DNA of 61,370 nucleotides, counting the filler, from Choristocarpus tenellus KU-1152 (Eukaryota; Protista; Phaeophyceae), in assembly GCA_964200185.2 (NCBI GenBank). It is 9 parts of 9 records of this genome, joined end to end, with 100 filler letters (N's around TTAATTAATTAA, not from the genome) between each part and the next. Parts side by side here need not be neighbours in the genome. Positions count along the whole stretch, not along the records: positions 1 to 10,904 come from CAXNAD020002636.1; positions 11,005 to 21,928 come from CAXNAD020002623.1; 7 more parts are not named here. One strand, given 5' to 3'. This document shows, piece after piece, positions 1 through 11,984 of the stretch (the stretch's first letter is position 1; each line of letters starts with the position of its first letter). A program made the position numbers and the translations under genes. The notes under the pieces are model-generated. The model ran no database searches and was not told the DNA's origin. It worked only from the letters and a program-made list of their open reading frames with translations.

Positions 1-143
1 AATAGGAGACATGGGAGCAACTAATCGGGGGACCACTAACCACAGAATATGGCTAATTTGGCGGCAAGGCCCCCCCCCCCCCTTCAGGCTTGAAGGCTCA
101 CTCCTCGTTTCTTTTTCCTCACTCCACCTACAATCTCTCCAAC

Positions 144-1560
144 CCAGTAAGGAATTAAGACACTTATTACACAAGAACTGGAAAACATCAGCTTCTTTTG
201 ATTGCAAGTATATTTCTCTCTCCTGACCATTATCACTCCAACTCACACACTCATTAAGGCAAGAGGGTAGTTCATAGTGTGAATGCACACACATCAGTGA
301 CTCAAACAGAGGAAGAGGGCATCATTGGCGTGCAAGATAGCCTTACAACAGAGCTATATGGAGGAATCTACCATCAGAAGAAATTACAAAACAGACCATC
401 ATCAACTCATACCTGGGTTTCGGGTCAAAGTATCTGGGGGGGGGGGTTATGAGGGAGCGTCCGTTTCGGTCAAACAACTCTTCTTTTGCTGACATTTCAA
501 ATCCGACATGTGCAACCAAATCACACCAAAAAAGTGAAAAACGGACGCTGACATCTCCCCCTAGATACTTTGACCCTTTCACCAACACACAAGTGCAACA
601 TAGAGACAGCTGTGGAGAAGCACACCTACTGGCATATACACTACACACACAGTGAAATACACCCCGGATACAGCAAAGGAGAAATAACAATCTTGGTGTG
701 CATGATGGGCAAACCACTCTAAAAGGCCGTCTCAACCAATTAGGTTCAGCATGCTCTATGGCAGGCTTCAGCTCCCTCTCACTAAACAATACTAAGAGAA
801 ACAGAAGCTCACTTATTCAAAAACGGAACAACCAATGGGTCTTGCCTTCATGATAAGAACTGAAATAGATGGACTCTAATAATCGTCTTTTGCTCAGTGA
901 AAGGACCACAGGTGGGTATGTGGAGCCAGAGCAACACCCCACTAGCTTTGATGAACAATTAATACTCCGAAGTACTGTGTACCTATTAAACTTAGCCTAG
1001 TGGTGCTTGATCTTATTAATGGTGTGAAGATAAGAACAATTTGGGTATCCTTTGGAAAGTGTTACAGTTCTCCAACCAAGTCCCAGTTTCTTTCCTGCGG
1101 TCAGGTAAAAATGAAAAAAAAAACACATCTCACAAAAACAAGCTTGTTTTGACACACAGATAGGTGATCCTTGCTTAGAAGCTCAGTTCCTTGGCCAGTA
1201 CAGTTGCAATGGAAAGTAGTGAAGTGGAAATGATAAAATTACAAAACCTGTACTGCTATTGACATGCACCTGTAGTAACATGAAGTGATTGGTGTCTCCA
1301 CCTCACCAGCACAGAATTTCTTCATCCTTTACATACTGAACTGAGAGTGGGAAAGACCAGGTCTCAAGGGTAAATCGTTTCAGAAGGATGATGAAGGGGG
1401 TGTGAGATACAATCTTGGGGTATACCTCTTTTCACAAGATGAAAGAGGTAGGACCGAATACATGCTGGCATCAACCAATTTCCGACACTTCAGCACCCCT
1501 AGCAAAATGCTATGAATTACAATGTTGAATAAAAACACCTCTAGCTCACCCTGGCATCTC
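144..1560 (-). CDS. Possible multi-exon gene of unknown function (fragmentary)
   Basis: Several short AG..GT-bounded open segments on the minus strand, e.g. ~222-144 EREIYLQSKEADVFQFLCNKCLNSLL and ~782-716 ERELKPAIEHAEPNWLRRPFRV. No family was recognised and the exon chain is unresolved. Confidence 0.3.
422..576. mobile_element. MITE family A (short, poly-G/poly-C subterminal), complete copy
   Basis: TIRs GGGTCAAAGTATCT...AGATACTTTGACCC; 4-bp TSD TTTC at 418-421 and 577-580. Confidence 0.9.
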
Positions 1561-1843
1561 CCACAAAAAAAACATCAAGACCTTGCCTGATGACATGCTG
1601 TCTACAATAGTAGTTGGCAGGAACAGAGAAGGGTAGGTTGCATTCAAAAGAAATAAGGACAAAAATCAAGCATCCAAGTAAACATGCCACCACATCAAAA
1701 GCAAACAGCTCCATGCTGTCTTGCAAAGCAGACGAAAATTCATGTACATGAACATCATTTATGGAACATAGACGCCAGACTAATCAAATTACCTTAGCCA
1801 AAATGATCCTGGAAAAGCCACTGATAGCAGTACAACAATGCTA

Positions 1844-3545
1844 CTACCTTCGACTCTTGGCAGTGAAAATCAGCACTCCAAATGCAAAAGCAGCTGTTGC
1901 TGTTGCCAACCCAGCTGCAAAGAAACCTAACGGTCTGACTTTTCCCCACCTTGGGTCAGGTCCAGCCAAGGTCCCACATCCCACGCTGTAACCAAGAGCC
2001 ATTGCATAGAGGCGGGCATCTACCTGGAAGCCCTGGCTAGCAAGTGCATGAAGATCTTCCAGAAAATTGATAGCTGAAATCCTTCGCAAGGTAATAAACT
2101 CCCTGAATGGTGAATTAGTATTGAAATTCAGAGCATGGGCAGTGAACATGTACATTAGTCTGGTGTTGCCCACACAGGTCATTGCTTGAATGTAGAGTTT
2201 TGTAGACTGGGTTATAGGTGAAGTTGGGGAGAAGCACCTAGTTGTCCTCCTGAGCAAAGCAAGCAAAATTATTGACATGGAGGTTGGACTGTGAGGAGAT
2301 GTTTACGTTTTACGTGTATCATATAGCTTGAAGCAATGCAGAGGTGGTTCATCCTGTCTTACCCATCATCTGGTTGGGCCTTGGGGTTCTGATTCTCAGG
2401 GGCATCCCCATCGATCTCGATCACAACATATCTGTGCCGAGGTTGAGAGTATCAGAGGCACAAGAGAAGGATGAATAAAGAGGGGTTGGAGATTGTCGAG
2501 TGAGGCGGTACAACTGTAGTGTAGTTGAGGGTGACAGCGTGACCTCCATTCCAACAAAATGAGGCAAGGTCTATCCTGATATTACATAAGGACAAAAGAA
2601 AGGGTGGGGTGGGACAGTGAATCCATGTTGCAATACAGTTAAGTCACCACCACCGGAAAATCCCAATCCAAAGGAAGGTGGCCTCGAATACAATATGCTA
2701 TGATCAACAGGCCGGGAGTGAAGGGGGAAGCAAGCCATGTATAGGTCTACCTTACCTCATGTTCGCATCCGTCAAACCAGGATCGCAGGGTACAATGGGA
2801 GATTCGTTAGAAACTGTTCCCGTAAATCCAGTTTCCTCGAGAAGCTCCCTCACCGCTGCCATGCGGGCACTTTCTCCTGCATTAACCAACCCTGCTGGCG
2901 CCTCGATGACCTGCATGGTGGGGATAACGGAGGATTCACTTCCAGTTTTGAAGCTGCAATGCAGCTCTACAGTTGAAAATGCATTAGTGATGTTTAAAGT
3001 AATTTCAATAATAGTGCGAACATGCATGTGTGGTTATCTCCTTCACATCACTCCTGTGCCACTCTCTGTCACCACCATTCAAGGTTGTGACGAACAGAGC
3101 AAAAACTATGAGCTACTTAAGGGATGCACTGTAAATAGTTACACTAGTAGATATAACACATACCACTACTTCAACAAATGGGTCAAGCTTGCAAAATCTT
3201 TCTGAGAAATCCAAAATCTGTTAAGGAAACATGGTTCACTTGGGTGTTGTGAAAACAATCTGATTTTGAATGTGATTCAGTTCCCACCTCGGTGCCGACA
3301 GGGGGACGAAACTGCGAGACCAAAATTATCTCCCCTTCTTTCTTGGATCGAGGGTAGTGTACAAATGCGACCACTGCCACCCCATCACATTCAGAACGCC
3401 GAGTAGTCCGAAAGGCGGCCTCCCACTCTCTAGTCTTTCCTTCAGGATCGACCCATGTGATTTTCTTTAGGCCCACCCATCTAAAATCTGGAGTGGACAA
3501 CAGATCCGATTGAAGGACTGAAGATAGACTGGATAGGTTTGTCAT
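1844..3545 (-). CDS. NUDT5: Nudix hydrolase, ADP-ribose/ADP-sugar pyrophosphatase (NUDT5/YSA1-like), 4 exons
   Basis: Exons 3545-3288, 2910-2756, 2431-2363 and 2102-1844, all GT-AG and phase-compatible. Nudix box GLVNAGESARMAAVRELLEETG. NUDT5-type motifs QFRPPV, DPGLT, IDGDAPENQNPKAQPDDGEF and VDARLY. Confidence 0.9.
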
Positions 3546-3746
3546 GGTAGCTATTATCCTCCTTGGATAGTTACATCACCGTCACAACTCCTCAAATATT
3601 TGAAAATTGAGTTTAGAAGGCTTTCTTTCTTGTCAGTTTCACAATTAATCAAATTTGTTTCTAAGGGAAGTCTAGGTATTCAACAACATGATCAGTGTAG
3701 AACCGTAAGGTGTGATGCCCAGTCAGACCAGAAGTAATGATAAATT
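3546..3746. promoter_or_regulatory. Probable bidirectional promoter between divergent genes
   Basis: Only 201 bp separate the ATGs at 3545 (-) and 3747 (+). Confidence 0.55.
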
Positions 3747-6700
3747 ATGGAAACGTTGTCCCGTGGAAGTCGCATCCCCTCCCCTGGGAACGCTAGAGAG
3801 TGGCCATGGATACGACGGGGATTGATTTGTCTTACATTTGTAGTTCTCTCTGTTCTGGTAGCGGGAGGTGTGTGGGCAGGTGACAGACAAGGCGATACAT
3901 TGCCAACATTGTCAGATGCTATCGATTTGGACCTAGATTCCCCCGCGCTGGGTAAGAAAGTAGGCAGGCCTCGTGAGGACTCGACGTTCCTTCCGTCTGC
4001 TATGGATCAACTACAGACGGAAGAAGTACAAATTGGGACAAGGAAAGTACAGGCCATGAACGGTGAAAATGATCCAGAAGCACATCCCCAACTCGACGTG
4101 AAAGAAGAGAAGATATCCATCTCCAATACAGTTCAGTTCCCCTCACCTGGTGGCTTAGCTGCGGAGGTCTGGACAATTTGTTCCACTCTGAGAGAGGATG
4201 TCTTGGTAAGTGTGTAAGCGGGCCCGCCAGTGATTTCGTTGAATAGGGTTTCCATCAAGTTGATATCTCAAGCGAGAAACTAGAGTCTTACGCAGGTGTG
4301 GTAACGATTGCAGGGCTGCTATCATGGACCGCTGAAAGATGTTAGGTTTTGCTTACCGCCTACCGCACAACTAGGTCCACGTATCCTTCCTCTCCAAGAA
4401 ATCCCCCACTCTTCATCCTCTGTGAAACAGAAAAAATGGGGAAGGGAATATGACCAAACCCTTTTCTCTGGAGCCATGGTCTTTGGGGAAGAAGCCGAAG
4501 AAGTGATCATAAACAAGATGTTGACGGCCATTCTCCAACAAAGGGAATTTGTCATATCGTTCACTGGTGAGTGACTCATCGGGTGGTGCAGTTGCCACTT
4601 GATATTTTATTCTATGAGGAAATGCTTATTTGTTACACTCTTGGTTATTTTGCTTTGTACAAATCTATCATTTTTTTTACAAAACATCCTTCTATCACTT
4701 TTCGCAAAGGGGAATAGTTTGAGGCTCATAACCTGTTGAAACCTGACTATGGTGGCAGGTTGGTTGTGGTGAAGGGGTGTCATAGTGCAATAATGCAATT
4801 GTGAATTCTGCCTGATGAACCTGGTGAGATCCTGTGCACAGTCAGAGGTTACTTAGTCGAGTGATGAAGGGTATTCCTTGGTGCATTAGAAGGAAGAGAT
4901 TCATGCTTTATGTATAGGCTGACCACCTTGTGAAGGGCTTTGTGGATGTTTTGGGTTAAGGTATCATGAGAGGGGGGCGCCGGCTGTACCTTCAGCACCC
5001 ATTTTTCCTTGTCGCAACTTTTGTGTGATTTGGTTGTGCATACATCAGATGGATAATGTATGTCCACTTTTCCTGGTCAGGGGCCGATAGACACCCTGTT
5101 GTAGACCCCCCCCCCAGATACTTTAAGCCTCTAACTCTGAATATATAGCATTCTGTTGTGTGTCAGGTACACTTAGTGTAGAGTGAACTCGAGGTCTACA
5201 TAGAGAAAAAGAATAATCAGCATATGAGATACAACTGGTGGTTCTGATGCAAAGATTTAAAAAAAAAAACTTCAAAGAATATCTGGGACAACTCTATGTG
5301 GCACATACTATGCTTGTGTGTTTGACAGATGTCGACTGTTCCATACTTGCCATACACCCTCAAATTGTATCAGTAATTGGTGATCCTATGGTGAGCTACC
5401 AATGATGGAAATGTGAGTAACAATGGTACCAATGTGTAAATCAACAATCAGTATGGCCTGGTAATACTGTATCATATTAATGACACAAAAAATGGTAACC
5501 TATGTTTTAACACTGTGTACTCTGTATTCCATGTATCTGCTCCTTTCACTCCCCACTTCTCCACCCCACCATCCCCTGCCCCCTATTGCCCCATGCCAGC
5601 GCCTTGGTAGCTCCTTAATGATTGATCAAGTCTCCTCATCTCCAAAGTTAGTGCCCACTAGCCGTCATGCTTATCCAACACCCCATCACTACTCTCTTCT
5701 ACAAACCTCTCGCTACACAAGGTATATCCAACACAGCTGGTCATGACAGCACATTTGAAGAAAGCTACCCCATGCTTTTCAAGGACCACCTGGCAAAGGC
5801 GATGGCACTGACAGGAGTAACGTTGAAGGTCCGCAATGTAGCTATGGGGAACAACCCGGTCTCGCCCTATAGTTACTGCGTAGAAGCTCATGCGGGGGAT
5901 GATGCTGACATTGTTACATGGGAAATGGTGAGTTCTGGTCCAGGGCAAAGGTAGGTTAGGATGATAGCTATTTTTTTACCCCAATATTTTGTCCCGGGGC
6001 TGTGAGGAGGAAAAAGACAGATTGAGCACTTCACACAGCTCATTCTCCAACCATTCTCACGGACAGGATTGTTCCGCTCTGCTTGTTGTTGGGGTAAATA
6101 GAACAGATATAATTAATGTTAGTATACTTTTCTGTTTATAAGATGAATTCTCCTTGATCAGCCCCATATGCCATGTTATCCGGTCCCCTTCCAGTTTCCC
6201 ATCCTCTTCACAATTCTATTTTTGAAACATGGAAGACATTCCAGGTTGTACAGCTCTAAGTATGTAAGGGTGTGTTCCCACCACCATCAACAGGTACAAC
6301 ATGGACAGGACGCCCTGTCCCCCATCATTGATCCTACTGTATAGGATGAATTATTCTCTACTGTCATTTTGTATGAAAGATACCCCCCTCTATCGTCTCC
6401 CCTGAAGTGGTCAGGATGTTGACTAGGAAATGTGTTTGTAGAATTTCCCTTTGCAGCGATGCATTGCTGGAAAGGGTTATCATACACCTCTAGTATATGC
6501 TGAATTCATGAACTCAATTGAATATTCATGTCTGATGTCTGATGACACCCTGTCCTCCTGACTGACATGATTATTGTGCAGGGCATGATGGTTGCTTTCT
6601 CAAAGTGTGGCAGGGCCACTCCCCTCGTTGAACTTTTTGTGCGATCTGCCCTTTCAATGCCGAAGCAACCTGCAGTCCTCTTCCTCAACTGTCTTCCCAG

Positions 6701-8186
6701 TCAGGATGGGTGTGTGCCACAGGAGAGGACACCCAACATTCTTAAAAGGATAAGTTTGGAATTGCCCAAATTTTTGGGAGATTGTCCTGGGTTGCCAGAG
6801 GAGAGTCTCTTGTCTGTGTATGGTCAGTTTGGGCTTCATTACCTGAATGTACGCAAGCTTGTGCTGGGCAACACCTGTGGTGACCCACGCTATTCTGAGT
6901 TCAAGCTCTACAAAGAGGGCAAGGTACCTGGGACGAAGCACATGCCGTGGCATCCAGGACCAGGGGGCCATGCCCTGACAGCAGCAATACTTTCCCAGCA
7001 CTACCTTGCCCTCCTTCAAAAAGCCGTCTTGAGACTGGATAATGCTAGCCCTGGCGTGACTGTGGCTGACCTATCCTGGGACAATAGTGTACCAGAAGGA
7101 GGCAATGTGGGAGAAGGTGAAGAGAGAGAAGATAAGCGAGCTGCCATCCTGAAGATGCTTGGCTTAACAGGTGATGTATATGGGCACCACGAGGGTGATG
7201 TCAAGGAAGGCAAGCGTGACAGTGGGGGGGTTGATGAGGGAAGGCATGAAGGGAAAAGGCACCGATACCTCATGGATGATGTTGCCGTTGGGAAAGGGGA
7301 TAGTGTTGGAGGCAATAGGCAGCACATGCATGATAGCGTTGGCAGGGTTTCAAGTGAAATTACCAGGATGGCATCGGAGGCTGGTTCGGACACAGAGATG
7401 AGTATGGTGGCTGGGGGACCACTTCCTCTCCCGCCACCTGCACATTGCAAGGGCTACTATTTCTGTGATCACCCATTCCACAGATGTGCTACCAGCTTTG
7501 TACCTATCTCAAACCCCCGCTGGAACCTGCGAACAATGGTGGTTGGGGCAGGCCCATCAGGGTTCCCCCTTCCTAACATCACATTTGAGTATAAAACCAG
7601 ATTACCTAAGGAGGCATCGGGGGTTGATATCTCAGCAATAATGGCTGCAGCATCTGCACCACCTTCCCCCCTTGAGTGGGCCATGGTCTTGAATGAGGAT
7701 AAGGTAAACGGATTCGTGCCTCTTGGACCCCCCTTACAGAGGGGTAAGTCATACCCTAAAGACCGCAAGTGGACCTTTGCTGGGGGCAAGGAAGCCGGGC
7801 CGATACGGTTTGAGTTTGAGACAACGGGGGGTGAGACAGGTGGCTTTGGTAGCAGTGGCTATGATGGTGAGGCCAACAACAAGGATGAATTGGAGAACTT
7901 GAAGGAACCAGCAGGGGGCTGGGGCAATCTGGTGACCGTGTGCCACCCACACTTTGTCCCTCGAGCAAACTTCAGGAATCCATCTGAGGTGCGGTTTGAG
8001 TTGGATGGAAAGGAGGCTGAAGTGGTTGAGGTTCCTCTGCAGGGTCCACGGGGTGGCCCACCAGACCTTATTCGCTTTTGTGTGTCACTGGGAACAAGGG
8101 TGGGACCTGGGAAGCACATCTTATCGGTGATTCCACTGGTGGATCAACCACTCACAGCTGTTTCACACGTCCTCTATCCTGCATGA
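3747..8186 (+). CDS. SGNH/GDSL-like hydrolase-fold protein with N-terminal transmembrane segment, 4 exons
   Basis: Exons 3747-4205, 4314-4566, 5722-5927 and 6582-8186 join in phase. TM segment LICLTFVVLSVLVAGGVWA. Block I-like FVISFTGISNTAGHD, block II-like VRNVAMG, block III-like DADIVTWE, block V-like WHPGPGGH. Confidence 0.75.
4953..5129. mobile_element. MITE family A, diverged copy in intron 2 of the SGNH-like gene
   Basis: GGGTTAAGGTATC...CCCCCAGATACTTTAAGCC; the interior is the reverse complement of the 30644 copy. Confidence 0.8.
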
Positions 8187-9949
8187 TTTATTTCTCCTGC
8201 AAGCTATACAAGATTTATGGGACTGTGAAGGGAGAGTTGTGGCAGATAAGTAACACTACATATTACACAGGCAGGGTAGGGGTTCAAGATACAGAAGCAC
8301 TGTTTCCAGAGACATAGTTTTATTCTAAAGTACTGCCAGGTGAAATCATCTAAAGCGGCTTTATCTTTGGTCTGCTGTTTGTTTGTCTTACTTTTCTTTC
8401 CAGCATCTTGACGAACCCAAGATACTCTTTTCACTTTTTATTTCTGCTCAATTATTTTAATCTGTAGTGTTCCCCTTCTGGAATGAAACACAGAGTTGAA
8501 ACACAGAGTTGGTGTTTTGAGAGTATATTCGTCATAGAGTGCATGTTGAAGAGGATGGAACTCCTTTAATAATTATTGCAGCATGTATGCTTGTTACCTA
8601 TGTATCCTTTGTTCTGGAGTACATGCTTTCATGTACTTCCACTCGCTGTGTTTGCATGTGTGTAGGTGTATAGGTGTGAGTGGATATTTGTTGCTTACGA
8701 ATGCTGGGGCCTTACATGTTATATGTTACCCCCCAGTGCCACCTCTGGAATTGATGCTAGCTTCTTCTTTTCAGTCTAAAGTATTTAGTGTTGTGAATCG
8801 TAGTGATTCTATTGTATCATGTTGAATCAAAACCAAAGATCTCACCCTTTGATAATTTCGTGTTTCTCTTCCCTGGAGTATTTTGAGGAGAAGGACGAGC
8901 ACAGACACACATACAACCACACAAGCACATTTAACATATCCAGGTCTGCAAATGAAGCGATGAAATGCCTTAGATTGGTAGGGACACTCATTGCTGTAAA
9001 GCGACCGTATTTTGATTAAGCTGTCAATGAAGCCGTACTTCATGCACATAATCAAAAGGTCCTACCAGTTCCATTGTTGCAAGGAATTCGATCATTGCCA
9101 CCTCACACACCCATTTTGTCTTCTTCAATGAGAGCTTCAAAATGCTTATGATGACACCCTATGGCCCTATAGAAATGTAGACAATTGTATTTGTAGTGCA
9201 ATGGAAAGATTGCTTGGATGCATTTTCTTTTGGCCGGTACAAGTGCAGTCCCTGTGGCTAAATTTGTTCCACCTTGCACCTACACTCAACAATTGTTTTC
9301 TGTGTGGAAGTGGGCTCTGCCTATTTTACCCCCGTTGTTGGCAAAGCATAGTGAGTTTATTAACTATATGAAGTAGTATGAGACATTATTTAGACCTGGC
9401 AACTGTAGTAGTAGTAGTAATTGCCTCCTTTCTTTGGTATGAAGTTATGTACTTGGGAGCTAGGTGAAAATATCTTCAGCACTTTCTCTCCCGTTGAGAA
9501 TTAAAAGCAACATAACTTTTGCAAGCCCCATTCTCGCCTGGGAAAGACCGATGTGATAAAGACCTCTGGATGAGGCTTGTTTCTCATATAGAATGGGAGG
9601 CCTGCAAAGTTTGAGAATGTGAGCTGTCATGACTGTGGAGGATCACCAGTGCAAAGTCGATCAAGTCACATTTCGCACTTGAGCATGCAACTTCAGTTTC
9701 AACTGTTTACGTAGAAAGATAGGGGCACCCTCTAAAATGGAAGAGAGTGGCTTCCATGTCCTCTCATCCTCACTTAACCTCAACCAATCCACCAAAACTG
9801 GTATTTATATCCTTCTTCCCTGCACACTGCCAGAATAACAGACATTTCAGATTCCCCCTGGTTCTGCATGGCTCATATTTTCCACTGCCACACCTCCACT
9901 CAGCTCCACCTGAGGGATTTGCGTAACTAAACACCCCCAGGCTTGTCAG

Positions 9950-10867
9950 AGGTATCTGGAGACATCAGCACAGCACACTCCTCTGTTCACCATGCTGATA
10001 TCCGTCACCAGCCAGTAGCCCCATCCCTCAGGCTTGGGCAAAGGCTATGATGGGTTGCTCCATACATCCTGTGGGGTCCACCTCAGCATCCCCACTACGA
10101 CCAGCAGGCCCACAAATTCTGCCATCCAGCTGTGTCGCTTCGGATGGGACGCCCTGGGTCTGGCCTTCACAGGATTTGCCCCTTCCTTCAGCACCACCTG
10201 TATGGGCTCCACCTTGGCAAGCAGTCATGCCCCAAGAATACCCTGAACACATTGGTCCGGGTTGCTATCACTTGTATGCGCCCCCAGGCACCCAAGGGCA
10301 TCCCAGCCCATTGTGCCTCTTGTAAGGAGGTTTCTAAGGCCAAGCCTCTTTTTTTTTCCTCCTCTGTAGTAGGGTCCATCATGAGCTCAGGGCCTTGCTC
10401 CAACAGTGTAGAGGCAGAGTCATCGCTTTTGTCCAGATGAGCAGTCCCCATGCTCTCCTACATCACCTCCACGCTAACACTCATACACCACATAGAAGTA
10501 ATATCTTGTTCCAGATCTTCAATGTGCACTTCTGTCTTCCTTTGGGCCGCCTCCTCAAAGTATTGCTTCATGTCAAAGTCTAAGACGTCCCACAATGTCT
10601 TGCTGCCCACAATTAACACATCATCATTGCCTGGTATAACTGCCAAGACAAGATTTCTCACCACCACAGACCCATAGCCTGAGTGGAGTGCCACATTCGA
10701 GGGACGAGTCATGTTCCCTATGGACTCAGATAAACCATTTGCTATCTATATGGGGAAGGGCTGGTGGAGGGGCTTCATTAACGCTGCTCCACCAAAATGC
10801 TGCTGCATTTTTTGCACCAGGCTCTCAGATATGCCTGTGATCCCTGACCCTGGGTCCATCGGGACCT
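9950..10867 (-). mobile_element. Ty3/Gypsy LTR-retrotransposon relic (aspartic protease to RT N-terminus)
   Basis: Minus-strand reading gives retropepsin-like MDPGSGITGISE, then GNDDVLIVGSKTL, then RT-proximal VFRVFLG..AKVEPIQVVLKEGANPVKARPR..WSNP..PK..GYWLVTDISMVN, with stops and frameshifts. Confidence 0.75.
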
Positions 10868-10904
10868 GACCCAAAGTATCTGGGGGGGGGGGGGGGGGGT
10901 GCAC
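10868..10904. mobile_element. MITE family A left end, cut by contig end
   Basis: GACCCAAAGTATCT followed by poly-G. Confidence 0.8.
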
Positions 10905-11004
10905 NNNNNNNNNNNNNNNNNNNNNNNNNNNNNNNNNNNNNNNNNNNNTTAATTAATTAANNNNNNNNNNNNNNNNNNNNNNNNNNNNNNNNNNNNNNNN
11001 NNNN
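10905..11004. other. Artificial contig linker
   Basis: N44-TTAATTAATTAA-N44, with stops in all six frames. Confidence 0.98.
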
Positions 11005-11108
11005 ACAAGAAAAGTGCTTTGACTTTTTTTTAAATTTAGAATGATTTTGCCCTCACAAGTATCTTTCCTCCACCTCTCACCCCCCCCCCCCCCCAGATAC
11101 TTTGACCC
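11005..11108. mobile_element. MITE right end at contig start
   Basis: Poly-C followed by AGATACTTTGACCC. Confidence 0.75.
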
Positions 11109-11984
11109 TAGGAACTTCCCCACTGGTTTGATATCACTTGGGCTCATTGCACATGCGTCCCTCCCTCCCCCTCCAAATAATTTTGTTGACTTTTCACTCC
11201 CCATGTACTTGATGTTCAACAGGAGCGACAGCGGGAGGAAGGGGAGAGGGCGATGTTGGCTGAGAGGCGTATGTGTAAGGCTAAGCTGGACACCCTCATG
11301 GTGAGGTTTCTGGTTGAGGAAATGACTGACTTAGATAGGTTTTAATAGTGTAGAGGGAGGCGTTGATGTTGTGGGAATTGAGCAATATATGAAAGTGTTT
11401 TGTATGAAATAGGTTTGTTTTTGTGGGCAAGGGCTGGGAATATCAAGGGTGGGGAGGTGGGTGGAAGCAGGAGTATATGCCTGCAGGATGGGTGACAAAA
11501 CGTTTGAGCTTTGAAATGTGGTTTCTGTACAGGGTGCACTAGGGTACGCCTTATTGAATGATAATCATGGTGAGGTGTGTTTTTAAAGGAGTGACATTGT
11601 GAGGCTAGGTGGAGCAATAGTGGAGGGTGCATCGACAGGGGGTAGTGAGCTCTGGGGGGAGTGTTGGAGTGGAGGTGCACCTGGTGAGTCGGTGAGAGGA
11701 AGTGAGTTAGGAAAGTTCCATTAGAGTGACCCTATTATTGGCTCAATTTGACATAACGATAATGTTAATGGTAGTAGTAGAAAAAAATAATAATACAGAC
11801 TATTCTATTAATGTGAATGCTGCTTTTTGTGATGTGTGCCCTAACCCTATCTCTTCTTCTTACATTTAGTGTTATGAAATTTTTGACACGACTCAAGGGT
11901 ACAAGCCTTCCATTGACTCCCCCCCCTTGTCCCCTCCCCCCTCACTGGTGAGGGAACCTGACAACCCTGGACCGTGCCTGAAAG

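Noticed and set aside
343-789. 148-aa single-exon ORF
   Set aside because: It reads through a MITE and probable intron sequence; no family resemblance.
1844-1860. Peroxisomal PTS1 at the Nudix C-terminus
   Set aside because: It ends SRR, not SKL/SRL-type.
6506-8317. Multiple overlapping antisense and alternate-frame ORFs
   Set aside because: Shadows of the long final exon of the SGNH-like gene.
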